Shown: piece after piece, positions 1 through 13,405 of the stretch
Numbering within the stretch: position 1 is the stretch's first letter
Layout of the letters: the number at the start of each line of letters is the position of its first letter
Assembly (NCBI GenBank): GCA_030390025.1
Contig: CM059432.1
Coordinates: 109,866,001 to 109,930,000 of the forward strand
Source: Squalus acanthias
Lineage: Eukaryota
Direction: 5' to 3'
Length of the DNA: 64,000 nucleotides
Notes under the pieces: model-generated
What the model saw: the letters and a program-made list of their open reading frames with translations, nothing else
What the model was told of the DNA's origin: nothing
Database searches by the model: none
Made by a program: the position numbers and the translations under genes

Positions 1-185
1 AAATCCACATACATGCAATTCTAGCAAGTTAGATAACAGAAAACATTAAGAGTCCCAGTTTGTCCCTAACTTAGATGTAACAGGTTTGATTGTTCAAAGT
101 AACTCATGTTCATCCCAAGTTATCGTAATGACAGGATTCCATGCTGTGACAGAGCACACCTTCAGTTTTCTCATTCGTATACACA

Positions 186-358
186 GATTAATTTTAACCC
201 AACTCGCCAGGTGGGAAACCCATGGGATCGGATGGAACGCCAGTTTTACACCCCACCCAATATTACTCTCCAATGACCTCAATTGGGCAGGGTGTAAAAC
301 CAACGTTGCACCCGATCCAGCAAGTTTCCCGATGAACGGGTTAGGTTACAATTGCCCC
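186..358. mobile_element. Palindromic (foldback) MITE-like element
   Basis: Inner arms gttttacaccccacccaat (243-261) and attgggcagggtgtaaaac (282-300) match 17/19 as inverted repeats. The outer arms (aattttaacccaactcg...gggaaac...ggatcgg vs ccgatcc...gtttccc...gggttaggttacaatt) also pair imperfectly. Confidence 0.7.
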
Positions 359-613
359 GAGAGTCTGCCTTGTATGGGTTGTCACAGCAGGTGCAAGCTT
401 CCCAAGAGGCCATATATAGCAAGGAGCTCAATGAAATCAAACTCCAGTATGATCAATTCCCATTGGTGACTAAAGGAGAAAACTAAAATCAATTCACTAG
501 TGCAGATATAATGTACAACTCCATTCGCAGTTTAAAAAATTGGAGACCATAATTTAAGCCCAGGCATTTGTAACATCAAGTTTCCCATCTTCTCTCAATA
601 CCAAAACAACAGT

Positions 614-619
614 TTTATT
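614..619 (-). promoter_or_regulatory. Candidate RALA polyadenylation signal AATAAA
   Basis: tttatt on + reads AATAAA on the RALA strand, about 1.26 kb past the stop, after repeat-free AT-rich 3'UTR-like sequence. Usage is not provable from sequence. Confidence 0.4.
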
Positions 620-1874
620 AAATTCCAGGGGGCTCAATAACTAAGTCAAGTCTTCAATTTGCTAACAGCAAAACAAAAACATTGACTACTGCTTCAATAA
701 CCCAATGCTTAGTCATACAAGTGAAATTTCTCAAGAACACGAGAATGCCAGTTTTTCTCCAATTAACATGTTAACAAAATCACACTTCAACAGACGCGTT
801 CCTGATATTTTGTTGTCATTAATTACGGCGAGAAAAGGGGCAATATCCCTTTTATCGTTGAGGAATTTTAGGCCCAATGATTTAATGACCTTTTACTCCG
901 ACTATCAACTCATGTTTGGAATTGCCGTAGAATACTGTACAAGGAAACTAAGATAACTTATGCATGTGCAGATTTTTCCTATTAATTTCAATGGTGCCAA
1001 GTGTCAGTGAGATATTGGGATTTAAAAAAAAAGCTGCTGTGCACTCTACTGATGAAAGCATAATTTTGTCTTCTAACCTTTATCATTAGAAACCCCTAGC
1101 TCCAACTTAATAGCCTCAATGGATTACTAGCACATCCATAAAAGGCAAAACAAATGCCAAGTGTCCAAAGTGTAGCCTCCAATAAACCAACTAAGCTTAT
1201 TAACCACTATGCACCAGGTTTTGTCTCAGCTTGCAACAGCTTAAAAGTGAATTCTTGATGAATGCAATTGTTAACAGCAAGTGTTTTTGGTTAGAAAATT
1301 CAACGGTGAAAAACCAGCGTTATCAATTGAACTTATTAAAAAAAACCTGATGTCTACTTGTAACAGCAAACACACAGATCTGGCAAGATCAAGTTCCGCT
1401 TAATAGCAACTATTCTCTCCCAAATAGCAGCGCTCAAGTCTCAGTTGTACCAGAGGAAATTAAAAAAATGTTGTATAGAATCTACAAATCCAGATAGTTC
1501 GGACTCAATGTGATTTAAGAAAGTGCTTTGCCTCGTGAGAGAAGTGAGTCACCACTTTTCATTTTGTAATTTAAATGACTGAACTGATTAACCATCCCTA
1601 GACAAGACCCACCCAGACAAAGAAACCTTTCCAATGGTATTTTGTAAAAACAAATATGAACCTGAAGCCCAGATATCAATTGACATCTCACAAAAAGAAG
1701 TGCTTTGGATTGACATTAAACCTCCTGATCAATTGTGTCCTAAAGTTGGCTCCAATTCATGCTTTCTGAAACCTGAATATGTAAGACATGTACCTTCAAT
1801 TACTCTGAAGGAACAGCAAATGAAATGAGATACTTAGTATGTTTAGACTTCTAAAATGGTTTAGTCTGCAGAGT

Positions 1875-2030
<156 letters not shown>

Positions 2031-2594
2031 CTACACATTCCACGCAGGAGTCAACACAGAGTAGGCTAAAACATTGAAGTTGTGACTCTTGGAACAATAG
2101 AGGTTGCATTAAATAGGGAAATATTTGAGGGAGTCCTGCACTGCTCAAGCAGAAATCTTTGACAGTACACCACATGGCACACATGCCAGGAAGAATTATA
2201 GCTCAAACACATCATGGTATTTTCCATGTTTTTGCTTGCTAAGATGTAAAGCACATATTTGGGCAGCATAGTGGGCATGTGCCAAGATAGTCACATCCAT
2301 GATTCCTCAGCTGGCAAATTCAGATTTCAGGAGTGCCATTGGGAGGGGCACTGAACAAAGGCTAGGCACAAGGGAGAAAAGCTGGCCGATGAAACATCTT
2401 GGGACCTTTTCTATGTTAAAGGCAAGTGGTAGTTATTGTTCAGTAATCCTAAACTGCTTCTACAGATGTCTAAGCAACTGAGTAAAGAATGGCACAGTAG
2501 AAACTTAGACCAGGTCAAATGCATATCATTTTTGACCACAGTCATGGGAAGGGAATACTAAAAAAAAGTTTACAAACATTACATTAATTATTAT

Positions 2595-2830
2595 AGGGAT
2601 GGGCAATAAATGCTGGCCTTGCCAGTGACACCTGCATCTCATGAATGAATAAATTAAAAAACAGCTCTTGGCAGTCTCTAGATCAGGTGCAGATGTCTTT
2701 TTAAATAGGGATATGGGGAGAAAGCAGGGACAGGGTACTGAATTTTGATGATCAACCATGATCGCATTGAATGGCGGAGCAAACTCCAGGGGCCGAGTGG
2801 CCTGCTCCTGCTCCTATCTTCTATGTTTCT
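2595..2830 (+). repeat. Two short LINE 3' tail fragments (single-ORF LINE family tail, then CR1 tail)
   Basis: agggatgggcaataaatgctggccttgccag matches the tail at 56684-56740. gatcaaccatgatcgcattgaatggcggagc...ctcctatcttctatg matches CR1 tails at 30385-30470 and 34575-34653. Confidence 0.75.
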
Positions 2831-3196
2831 AAATCATTAATGCCAAAAATAGGTTAAGGAAACCAGCATTGTTAGTAGGCAAAATTATTTTTCACATTTC
2901 AAATGGGAGGTGGTGTAGAAGTGGGTCTTTTTCTTTGCGGGGGAGGGGGCCGGAAGAGAAGAAATAGAACGAGAGAAGAATTGCAACGTCAGGCAAGCTG
3001 TATGCAAATCAGTGTGGGCAGCAAAATGGCCATCATTGCATCCAGGAACTCAAGGTTTAAGGCACTAATATTCCATTTGTGAGCCACATAAAACAAATGT
3101 ATGATTGTTAACATAGAACATAGAACATAGAACAGTACAGCACAGTACAGGCCCTTCGGCCCTCGATGTTGTGCCGAGCATTGTCCGAGACCAAGA

Positions 3197-6096
3197 TCAA
3201 GCTATCACACTCCCTATCACTCTGGTGTGCTCCATGTGCTTATCCAATAACCGCTTGAAAGTTCCTAAAGTGTCCGACTCCACTATCACAGCAGGCAGGC
3301 CATTCCACACCCCAACCACTCTCTGAGTAAAGAATCTACCTCGGACATCCCTTCTATATCTCCCCCCATGCACCTTATAGTTATGCCCCCTTGTAACAGC
3401 TGCCTCTACCCGAGGAAATAGTCTCTGAACATCCACTCTTTCTATCCCCCTCATCATCTTATAAACCTCTATTAAGTCGCCTCTCATCCTCCTCCGCTCT
3501 AAAGAGAAAAGCCCCAACTCCCTCAATCTTTCCTCATAAGACCTCCCCCCCAAACCAGGCAGCATCCTGGTAAATCTCCTTTGCACTCTTTCCAATGCTT
3601 CCACGTCCTTCCTATAGTGAGGTGACCAGAACTGCACACAATATTCCAAATGTGGTCTCACCAAGGTCCTGTACAGTTGCAGCATAACCTCACGGTTCTT
3701 AAACTCAAACCCTCTGTTAATAAACGCCAACACACCATAGGCCTTCTTTACTGCTCTATCCACTTGAGTGGCAACCTTCAGAGATCTGTGGATATGAACC
3801 CCCAGATCCCTCTGCTCCTCCACGTTCCTCAGAACCCTGCCGTTGACCCTGTAATCCTTATTCAAATTTGCCCTACCAAAATGAATCACCTCGCACTTAT
3901 CAGGGTTAAATTCCATCTGCCATTTTTCGGCCCAGCTCTGCATCCTATCAATGTCTCTTTGCAGCCTACAACTGCCCTCCACCTCATCCACTACTCCACC
4001 AATCTTGGTGTCATCAGCAAATTTACTGATCCACCCTTCAGTCCCCTCCTCCAAGTCATTGATAAAAATCACAAACAGCAGAGGACCCAGCACCGACCCC
4101 TGTGGCACACCGCTGGTAACTGGTCTCCAGTCCGAAAATGTTCCATCCACCACCACCCTCTGCCTTCTATGAGATAGCCAGTTACTTATCCAATCGGCCA
4201 AATTTCCCTCTATCCCACAACTCCTTACTTTCTTCATGAGACGACCATGGGGAACCTTATCAAACGCCTTACTAAAATCCATGTATACGACATCAACTGC
4301 TCTACCTTCATCCACACACTTAGTTACCTCCTCAAAGAATTCAATCAAATTTGTTAGGCAAGACTTACCCTTCACAAATCCGTGTTGACTATCCCTGATT
4401 AAGTTGCCCCTTTCCAAATGGTCATAAATCCTATCCCTCAGGACCTTTTCCATTATCTTACCAACCACCGAAGTAAGACTAACCGGCCTATAATTACCAG
4501 GGTCATTCCTATTTCCTTTCTTGAAGAGAGGAACAACATTCGCCACTCTCCAGTCCTCTGGCACCATCCCCGTGGACAGTGAGGACCCAAAGATCAAAGC
4601 CAGAGGCTCTGCAATCTCCTCCCTTGCCTCCCAAAGAATCCTAGGATATATCCCATCTGGCCCAGGGGACTTATCGACCCTCAGGTTCTTCAAAATTGCT
4701 AAAACATCTTCCCTCAGAACATCTACCACCTCCAGCCTATCCACCTTTATCACACTCTCATCCTCAAGAACATGGCCCCTCTCCTCGGTAAACACTGACG
4801 AAAAGTATTCATTCATCACCTCTCCTATCTCTTCTGACTCCATGCACAAGTTCCCACTACTGTCCTTGACCGGCCCTACCCTCACCCTGGTCATTCTCTT
4901 ATTTCTCACATAAGAGTAAAAAGCCTTGGGGTTTTTCTTGATCCGACCCGCCAAGGACTTCTCATGCCCCCTCCTAGCTCTCCTAAGCTCTTTTTTTAGC
5001 TCATTCCTTGCTACCTTGTACCCCTCAATCGACCCAACTGAACCTTGTTTTCTCATCCTTACATACGCTTCCTTTTTCCTCTTGACTAGACATTCAACCT
5101 CTTTTGTGAACCATGGTTCTCTCACTCGGCCATTTCCTCCCTGCCTGACAGGGACATACCTATCAAGGACACGCAGTAATTGCTCCATGAAAAACTCCAC
5201 TTTTCGTTTGTGCCTTTCCCTGATAGTTTCTGTTCCCATCTTATACTCCCTAATTCTTGCCTAATCGCATCATAATTACCCCTCCCCCAATTATAAACCC
5301 TGCCCTGCCGTATGGCCCTATCCCTCTCCATTGTAATAGTGAAAGTTACCGAATTGTGGTCACTATCTCCAAAGTGCTCTCCCACATACAAATCAAACAC
5401 TTGGCCCGGTTCATTACCCAGTACCAAATCCAACGTGGCCCCAGCTCTTGTCGGCCTATCCACATATTGTGTCAGGAAACCCTCCTGCACACACTGTGCA
5501 AAAACTATCCCATCCGAACTGTTTGACCTATAAAGGTTCCAATCAATATTTGGAAAGTTGAAGTCACCCATGACAACTATTCTGTGACCTCCACACCTAT
5601 TCATAATCTGCTTTGCAATTTCTTCCTCCACATCTTTATTACTATTTGGGGGCCTGTAGAAAACTCCTAACAACGTGACCGCTCCTTTCCTATTTCTAAC
5701 TTCAGCCCATATTACCTCAGACGGCAGATCCCCCTCGAACTGCCTTTCTGCCGCTGTTAAACTATCCTTGATTAACAATGCTACTCCTCCACCTTTCTTA
5801 CCAACTTCCCTACTCTTACTGAAACATCTATACCCCGGAACTTCCAACAACCATTCCTGTCCCTGTTCTAACCATGTCTCCGTAATGGCCACCACATCGT
5901 AGTCCCAAGTACCAATCCACGCTCCAAGTTCTCCTACCTTATTCCGGATGCTCCTTGCATTGAAGTAGACACACTTCAAGCCATCTTCCTGTCTGCCGGT
6001 ACATTCCTGCGACCTTGATACCCTCCTCAGTACCTCCCTACACTCACCACTGGCTCGTGGACTACAGCCCTTTTTCCCATCCCCCTGACAAATTAG
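3197..6096 (-). CDS. CR1 ORF2 (APE endonuclease + reverse transcriptase) with one frameshift at ~5190
   Basis: Motifs NARS, ITETW, GGGV, YRPP, GDFN, SDH (ORF 5122..6213) and [31 protein letters not shown] (ORF 3197..5239). The two frames join across an A5 run at 5190-5194. Confidence 0.9.
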
Positions 6097-6693
6097 TTTA
6101 AACCCCCCCGAAGAGCCGTAGCAAATTTCCCTCCCAGGATATTGGTGCCCCTCTGGTTCAGGTGCAAACCGTCCTGTTTGTACAGGTCCCACCTTCCCCA
6201 GAATGTGCTCCAATTATCCACATAACTGAAACCCTCCCCCCTACACCATCCCTGCAGCCACGTGTTTATCTGCACTCTCTCCCTGTTCCTCAACTCGCTA
6301 GCACGTGGCACCGGCAACAAACCAGAAATTACAACATGGTTTGTACTGGCTCTCAGCTTCCAACCTAGCTCCCTAAATTCCTGTTTTAAATCCCCGTCCC
6401 TTCTCCTACCTATGTCGTTGGTACCGATGTGTACCACGACTTGTGATTGTTCCCCTTCCCCTTTGAGGATTCTGAAAACACGGTCCGAGACGTCACGGAC
6501 CCTGGCACCCGGGAGGCAACATACCATCCGTGAGTCTCTTTTGCTGCCACAGAACCTCCTATCTGTCCCTCTGACTATTGAGTCCCCAATAACTATTGCT
6601 CTCCTGCTCTCCCCCCTTCCCTTCTGAGCCACAGGGACGGACCCAGCGCCAGAGATCCGGTCACCGTGGCTTACCACTGGTAAGTCGTCCCCC
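6093..6693 (-). CDS. CR1 ORF1 C-terminal SGNH esterase domain (5'-truncated)
   Basis: IGDSIVRG, VHIGTND and DGLHL are SGNH blocks I, III and V. Ends GGLN*. Confidence 0.9.
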
Positions 6694-7092
6694 TCTTTTG
6701 TAAATTTTCCCTGGCATTTGGTGCCAGTACAGATCTCCTCCAGCAGTGCATAGGATGTCTCAACGGCAAAAAAATGTCCTATATCCAATCAACAGCCCCA
6801 GTCAACATTACGATTCCTCTCCTCTCTTCAGCAAAAAAAAACACAACTACACTAGGTGAAGACTTTAAATCCAAAAATGTGAACTTATTTGGTCAATAGG
6901 GAATAGCATATTGGTTATATCCAATTTAGAAAAGTCCCATCCTATACCCATTTATTTTGGTTTGGCACAAAATGGCATATTACTTTGAACCAGAATTTCA
7001 TTGCATTCCAATGACAGACATTCCTATGTGAATAAGATAGTCAAAACCGCTACCAGTCTATGCAGAAAATTTCACAAAAAGGACTTTAATTA

Positions 7093-7422
<330 letters not shown>

Positions 7423-8233
7423 TTAAAATTCTGCTCTACATTAATCCTCAGAAACACATTTCCTTTGTAGCTTGAATATGCACATACAAATAGATCAGAC
7501 CAAATAATTCATGCAGAAAATGTGTGGTAAATGCACTATGGCATGTCTGCTTGTTGGGCAATACTGTATTCAATACAGTTTGTTCATCATTATCTCAAAG
7601 TTGTGCTTCAACTTGAGGCCCATGAAAGCACCCTAGTAAGAGTCACAAAATAAAACAACCAGTACACTCTGGATGGAGAAGAAACATTTAAGTACTTTTT
7701 TTTCCCCAAAACACAGCTGTGAAGCGGAAGCCTCAGTAAGCAAAATTGACATGTTGGCTGCAAACAGGGTCTATTATTTAAACCTGAGCATTACTTGCGC
7801 AAATGCATCTACTATCGAATGCTATCAAAATACAAGCTACAGCATCTAGTTAGTAGTGGGCTAGCACAGGAAATGGGATTGGAATAGATCCAGTTGAGGA
7901 GCTAGCACAGACATGATGTGCTGAATTCTGCACTGTAATTTAAAAAAAATCTGTAAGCTAATGAAGTCATGTCATTGCAGTAATTTGTACATTTCATTGC
8001 AGTAGATTGTACACAAAAAACCTGCCACTCTATTGAATTGACAGTTTGAATCAATGTACAGTAGGATCACAGTGAAGTTTTAAGTAAAATTCTAATTTAC
8101 ATTAAACCTCCCCATGCATTTTGTAAGAAGCTGTACTGACATTAGGTAGAGGTCTATAAACTGTACTGCCCTACCCTCCTGCAAAAGGAGAACATGAATG
8201 CAGGTGACTGACTGTCGGAAAAAGGTTGGAAGA

Positions 8234-8271
<38 letters not shown>
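8234..8271. repeat. Compound (AT)n(AC)n microsatellite
   Basis: Directly visible. Confidence 0.95.
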
Positions 8272-8420
8272 GACCTGAAACCTTAACTGTTGACCTGCTG
8301 AGTATCTCCAGCATTTTCTGTTTTTATTACACATTAGATGGCTTTGTTCCCAGTACAGCCCGAGGATACAATATACAGAACTGAAGCCAATGATTGGGGT
8401 TATCAACTATCCACTTGGAA

Positions 8421-9185
8421 AACAACTTGCATTTATAAGGTGCATTTAACACAACAAAACGTCCCATGGTTAAAGAGAGAGTTATCAATAAAAACATTTT
8501 TGACACCGAGCCACAGAAGGAGATATCAGGACAGATAACCAAAAGCTTGGTCAAAGAGGTAGGTTTTAAGGAGCATCTTGAAGGAGAAGAGAGGTCGAGT
8601 GGAGGAGAGGTTTAGGGAGAAAATTCCAGAGCTTGGGGCCAAGGCAGCTGAAAGCACGGTTGGCAATGGGGAAGCGATTAAAATTGGGGATGCGCAAGAG
8701 GTCTGAAGTGGAAGAGTGCAGAGATCTTGAAAGCTTGTAGGGCTGAAGGTGGTTAGAGATAGGGAGGGGTGAGGCCATGGCAGGATTTAAAAATAAGGAT
8801 AAGGATTTTAAAATTGAGGCGTTGTTGGACCGGGAGACAGTGAAGGTCAGCGAGCACAGGGGAGATGGAAGAGTTTGGACACGGGCGGCAGAGTTTTGGA
8901 TGACCTCAAGTTTATGGAGGGTAGAACTAGGGAGGCCGGCCAGGAGTGTGTTGGAATAGTCAAGTCTAGAGCAATGTGCCCGTTAAGCTGCGCGGTGGTT
9001 TGGAGGTCCGGCGCAGGCCGCTCAGCGGCTTTTAAATGGAGAAACCGCACATGCGGAAATTTGAATGGGCCGCAGAGCCCATAAAAGGGGCTGCGCACCC
9101 AAACAAAATTAGCAGGAACATTGGTCTAGAGGTTACAAAGGCATTATTGAGGATTTTGGCAGTAGATGAGCTGAGGCAAGGGCAA
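8421..9185 (-). mobile_element. L2-type LINE 3' fragment
   Basis: Tail ...tataaatgcaagttgtt. Colinear with the L2 copy at 35563-36210. Minus frame [15 protein letters not shown] is the typical L2 C-terminus. Confidence 0.8.
8972..9123. mobile_element. 152-bp hAT-type MITE
   Basis: 8-bp TSD GTCTAGAG (8964-8971, 9124-9131). TIRs CAATGTGCCCGTTAA / CAATGTTCCTGCTAA match 12/15. The empty site is seen in the paralogous L2 at ~36149. Confidence 0.9.
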
Positions 9186-9199
9186 AAAGTTCAAAAAAA

Positions 9200-12100
9200 C
9201 TACAAGAACATAAGAAATAGGAACAGGAATAGGCCACTTGGCCTCTCGAGCCTGCTCTGCCATTCAATAAGATCATGGCTGATCTTGGGCTCAAAGCCAC
9301 TTCCCTGCCCGCACCCCATAACCCTTCACTCCCTTATCTTGCAAAAATCTGTCTATCTCTGGGGCAGAGAATTTCACAGATTTACGACCCTCAGGAGAAG
9401 AAATTCCTTCTCATCTCAGTTCTAAAAGGGCGACCCTTTATTCTGAAACTATGCTCCCGAGTTCTAGATTTCCCCACGAGGGGAAACATCCTCTCTGCAT
9501 CTACCTTGTAGAGCCCCCTCAGTATCTTATGTTTCAATATTATCTCTCATTCTTCTAAATTCTAAGGCCCAACCTTTCTTCATAAGTCAACCCCCTCATC
9601 TCCGGACTCAACCGTGTGAACCTTCTCTCAACTGCCTCCAATACAAGTATATCCTTCCTTAAATAAGGAGACCAAAACTGTACGCAGTACTCAAGGTGTA
9701 TCTCACCAATACCCTGTACAGTTGTAGCAGGACTTCCCTGCTTTTATACTCCAACCCCCTTGCAATAAAGGCCAACATTGCATTTGCCTTTTTGATTACA
9801 GGAAACTCTATTAACCGGCACAGACGGGACCGGCGTGGTGCCGGTTTATCGAAAGTACCGGATAACGGAGAGTTATATCTACCGAGGCTATTTTTAACAA
9901 AGAAAAATAAATAAATCAAGAAATGTGCAGTATACTTCCGACAGCACCAGGAGGTCGAGTAGTGGCACTTTTGAAAACTACCCCTACTGACTAAATCGGC
10001 GTTCGCGGACTCGGACTCGGGATCGGCAACATTGCCGGTTATTTGAGAGGAGTTTTCGGAGTACTCGCCGTTCGCGGAGACTCGACTGCGACTCGGCAAC
10101 ATTGCCGGTTATTTGAGAGGAGTTTTCGGAGGATGATTTTTGCCGGTTAAGCGAGAATTCCGGATATTTGGGTGCCGGATAAACAAAAGTTTCCTGTACT
10201 TGCTGTACCTGCATGCTAACTTGTGTTTCATGCACAAGGACTCCCAGGTCCCTCTGAACTGTAGCATTTTGTAATCGCTCTCCATTTAAATAATAATTTG
10301 CTTTTTTTATTTTTCCTGCTAAAGTGTATAACCTCTCACTTTCCCACATTATACTCCATCTGCCAAATGTTTGCCTACTCACTTAGCCTGTCTATATCCC
10401 TTTGCAGGTTCTTTGAGTCCTCTGCACAACTTGCTTTCCCACCCATCTTTGTATCATCCGCAAACTTGGCTACATTACATTCGGTCCCTTCATCCAAGTC
10501 ATTAATGTAGACTGTAAATAGTTGAGGCGCCAGCACCGATCCCTGTGGCACCCCACTAGTTACCGTTTGCCAACCGGAAAATGACCCATTTAACCCGACT
10601 CTCTGCTTTCTGTTAGTTAGCCAATTCTCTATCCATGCTAATATATTACCCCCAATTCCGTGAGCTCTTATCTTATGCAGTAACCTTTTATGTGGCACCT
10701 TATCGAATGCCTTCTGGAAATCCAAATACACCACATCCACTGGCTCACCTTTATCTACCCTGCTCGTTACATCCTCAAAGAACTCCAGCAAATTTGTTAA
10801 ACATGATTTCCCTTTCATAAAACCATGCTGACTCTGCTTGACTGCATTATCATTTTCCAAATGCCCTGCTACCGCTTCCTTAATGAAGGACTCCAGCATT
10901 TTCCCAACGACGGACGTTAGGCTAACTGGTCTATAGGTCCCTGCTTTCTGTCTCCCTCCTTTCTTAAATAGAGGTGTTACATTTGCGGTTTCCAATCCAC
11001 TGGGACCTCTCCAGAGTCCAGGGAATTTTGGTATAATGCAATCAATGCACCCACAATCTAGCAGTCACTTCTTTTAAGACCCTGGGATGCAGGCCATCTG
11101 GTCCAGGGGACTTGTCTTTTAGTCCCATTATTTTACCAAGTACTTTTTCCTTAGTGATAGTCTTTAGTTCCCCCCTCCCTGTGGCCCCTTGATTATCCAT
11201 TATTGGGATGTTGTTGGTGTCTTCTGCCGCGAAGACAGATACAAAATATTTGCAGAGTCTCTACCATTTCCCAGTTCCCCATTCTCATCCTCTAAGGGAC
11301 CAATGTTTACTTTAGCTACTCTCTTCCTTTTTATATACCTGTAGAAGCTCTTACTTTCTTTAATATTTCTTGCCAGTTTACTCTCAATTCATCTTCTCTG
11401 TTTATCATTTTTTTAGTCATTTTTTGCTGGTTTAAAAATTTTTTCCCAATTCTCTGACCTCCCACCAATCTTGGCAACATTGTATGCCTTTTTCCAATTT
11501 GATACCATCCTTCACTTCCTTATTTAGCCACGGATAGTGCTCCCTTCTCTTAAAATCTCTCACTGGAATATATTTTTGTTGCTAGTTATAAAATATCTCC
11601 TTAAATGTCAGCCACTGCATTTCAACTGTCTTACCCTTTAATTTATTTTTCCAGTCCACTTTAGCTAGTTCTGCCTTCATGCCATTGTAATTGCCTTTGT
11701 TTAAGATCACGACACTGGTTTCAGATACAACTTTCTCACCCTCCAACTGAATTTGAAATTCAACCATGTTATGATAACTCTTTCCAAGAGGATCCTTTAC
11801 TACGAGATCATTTATTAATTCTGTCTCATTACACAGAACCAGATCCAAGATAGCCTGCTCCCTGGTTGGTTCCATTACATACTGTTCTAGGAAACCATCC
11901 CGGATACACTATGAACTCAAGGCTACCATGGCCAATTTGATTTGTCCAATCAATATGGAGATTAAAATCACCCATGATTATTACCGTACCTTTTTTACAG
12001 GCCTCCATTATTTGTTGATTTATACTCTGTCCAACAGTATTGCTACTGTTCGGGGGCCTGCAGACTACGCCCAGAGACTTTTCCCCTTTTATTTATTTAT

Positions 12101-12760
12101 TTTTTATCTCCACCCAACCCGATTCCACATCTTGATCTTCTGAGCCAATATCACTTCTCACCACTGCACTGATCCCATCCTTTACCAACAAAGCCACCCC
12201 ACCTCCCTTTCCTTTCTGTCTATCCTGCCGAATTGTCAAATAACCTGGAATATTCAGTTCCCAGCCCTGATCACCTTGCAACCACATCTCTAATGCCGAT
12301 CAGATCATACCCATTTGTGCCGTCAACTCATCTATCTTTATCTGAATGCACGCAGCATTCGTAGCTAGAGCTTTTAACTGTCTTTTTACCATTTCTCCTT
12401 GTTTTGGCCCCATTTTCTGTTGCACTCTTATTTTTAACATTCGGTCCCTTCCTGTCACACTCTGGTTATTATTTCCCCCATCTCTATCCTGCTCTATTCT
12501 TTTCTCATTGACATTTTAAATACCCGCTCACCTGGACCACCCCCCCCCCCCCCACTATTTAGTTTAAAGCCCTCTCTACAGCCCTAGTTATTCGATTCAC
12601 CAGGACTTTAGCCCCAGCATGGTTCAAGTGAAGTCCATCCAAACAGAACAGCTCCCTCTTATCCCAGTACTGGTGCCAGTGCCCCACAAATCGAAACCCA
12701 TTTCTCCCACACCAGTCTTTGAGCCACTCGTTCATTTCTCTGATCTTATTTACCCTATGC
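9200..12760 (-). mobile_element. Decayed CR1 LINE (end of ORF1, EN, RT, tail)
   Basis: ORF pieces 12559..12798 (DGLHL...RALN*), 12093..12287 and 11582..11875 (EN), 10375..10995 (RT). Tail at ~9200-9260. Confidence 0.9.
9799..10196. mobile_element. Tc1/mariner (pogo/Tigger-like) MITE, copy 1, inserted in CR1
   Basis: TA|CAGGAAAC...GTTTCCTG|TA. Removing it restores the CR1 sequence gatTActtgctgtac (cf. 14232-14250). Confidence 0.9.
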
Positions 12761-13135
12761 TGGGTAATACAAAGGTTACAGCAAGTAGCCCTTTCCAAGC
12801 ATCAAGATCATAGTTAAATATACTAGTGTGCTAACATAAATTATATAACATTGACATCTTGGATAAATGGAGGTATTAATCTCCAAGGGCAAACTGCTAT
12901 GTGCTCCCATCCTTGTAGAGGGGAAAAAAATAGAAATGTGGATTATAATGTACTTGCTGGAAGAACCAACTCATGCAATCCACCTGAACTTTAAGAATTT
13001 TAATTATTTTCCTTGCATTAAGTTTCTCCCTTGCTAGGTTGCGATCACCATTATAAAATGAAGTAAAATAAAACACCAAGTACAACAGTACTAGTTATGC
13101 AACACGTTCATTCTGACAGTGGTTTGTAAATTTCA

Positions 13136-13405
<270 letters not shown>

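Larger units (their letters stand above)
3110..6693 (-). mobile_element. Young 5'-truncated CR1 LINE in RALA intron
   Basis: Partial SGNH-esterase ORF1, APE endonuclease plus RT ORF2, and a 3' tail of (CTATGTT)x3 repeats at 3110-3133. Confidence 0.95.

Noticed and set aside
86..469. 127-aa ORF
   Set aside because: Non-ATG start, no recognisable motif, and it spans a palindromic MITE.
3650..5902. Antisense ORFs over LINE ORF2 regions
   Set aside because: Shadow frames of RT/EN coding sequence with no independent motifs.
6030..6075. H-type pseudoknot GGCT/AGCC + CCAC/GTGG downstream of the slippery site
   Set aside because: 4-bp stems, a 1-nt connecting loop, too far from the heptamer, and not evident in the other copies.
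6694..6788. N-terminal part of ORF-track 231-aa ORF (6093..6788)
   Set aside because: Starts at TTG in flanking DNA; CR1 similarity ends at ~6693. Chance read-through, not a chimeric gene.
8272..8330. Penelope-type terminal repeat remnants (also 20600-20725) as hammerhead ribozymes
   Set aside because: The cgacctgaaac half is present but the CTGATGA core is missing here and degenerate in the second copy; no intact ribozyme.
10000..10135. CRISPR-like repeat-spacer pattern (also 41590-41725)
   Set aside because: Only two units, inside a TIR/TA-bounded MITE in eukaryotic DNA; an internal duplication.
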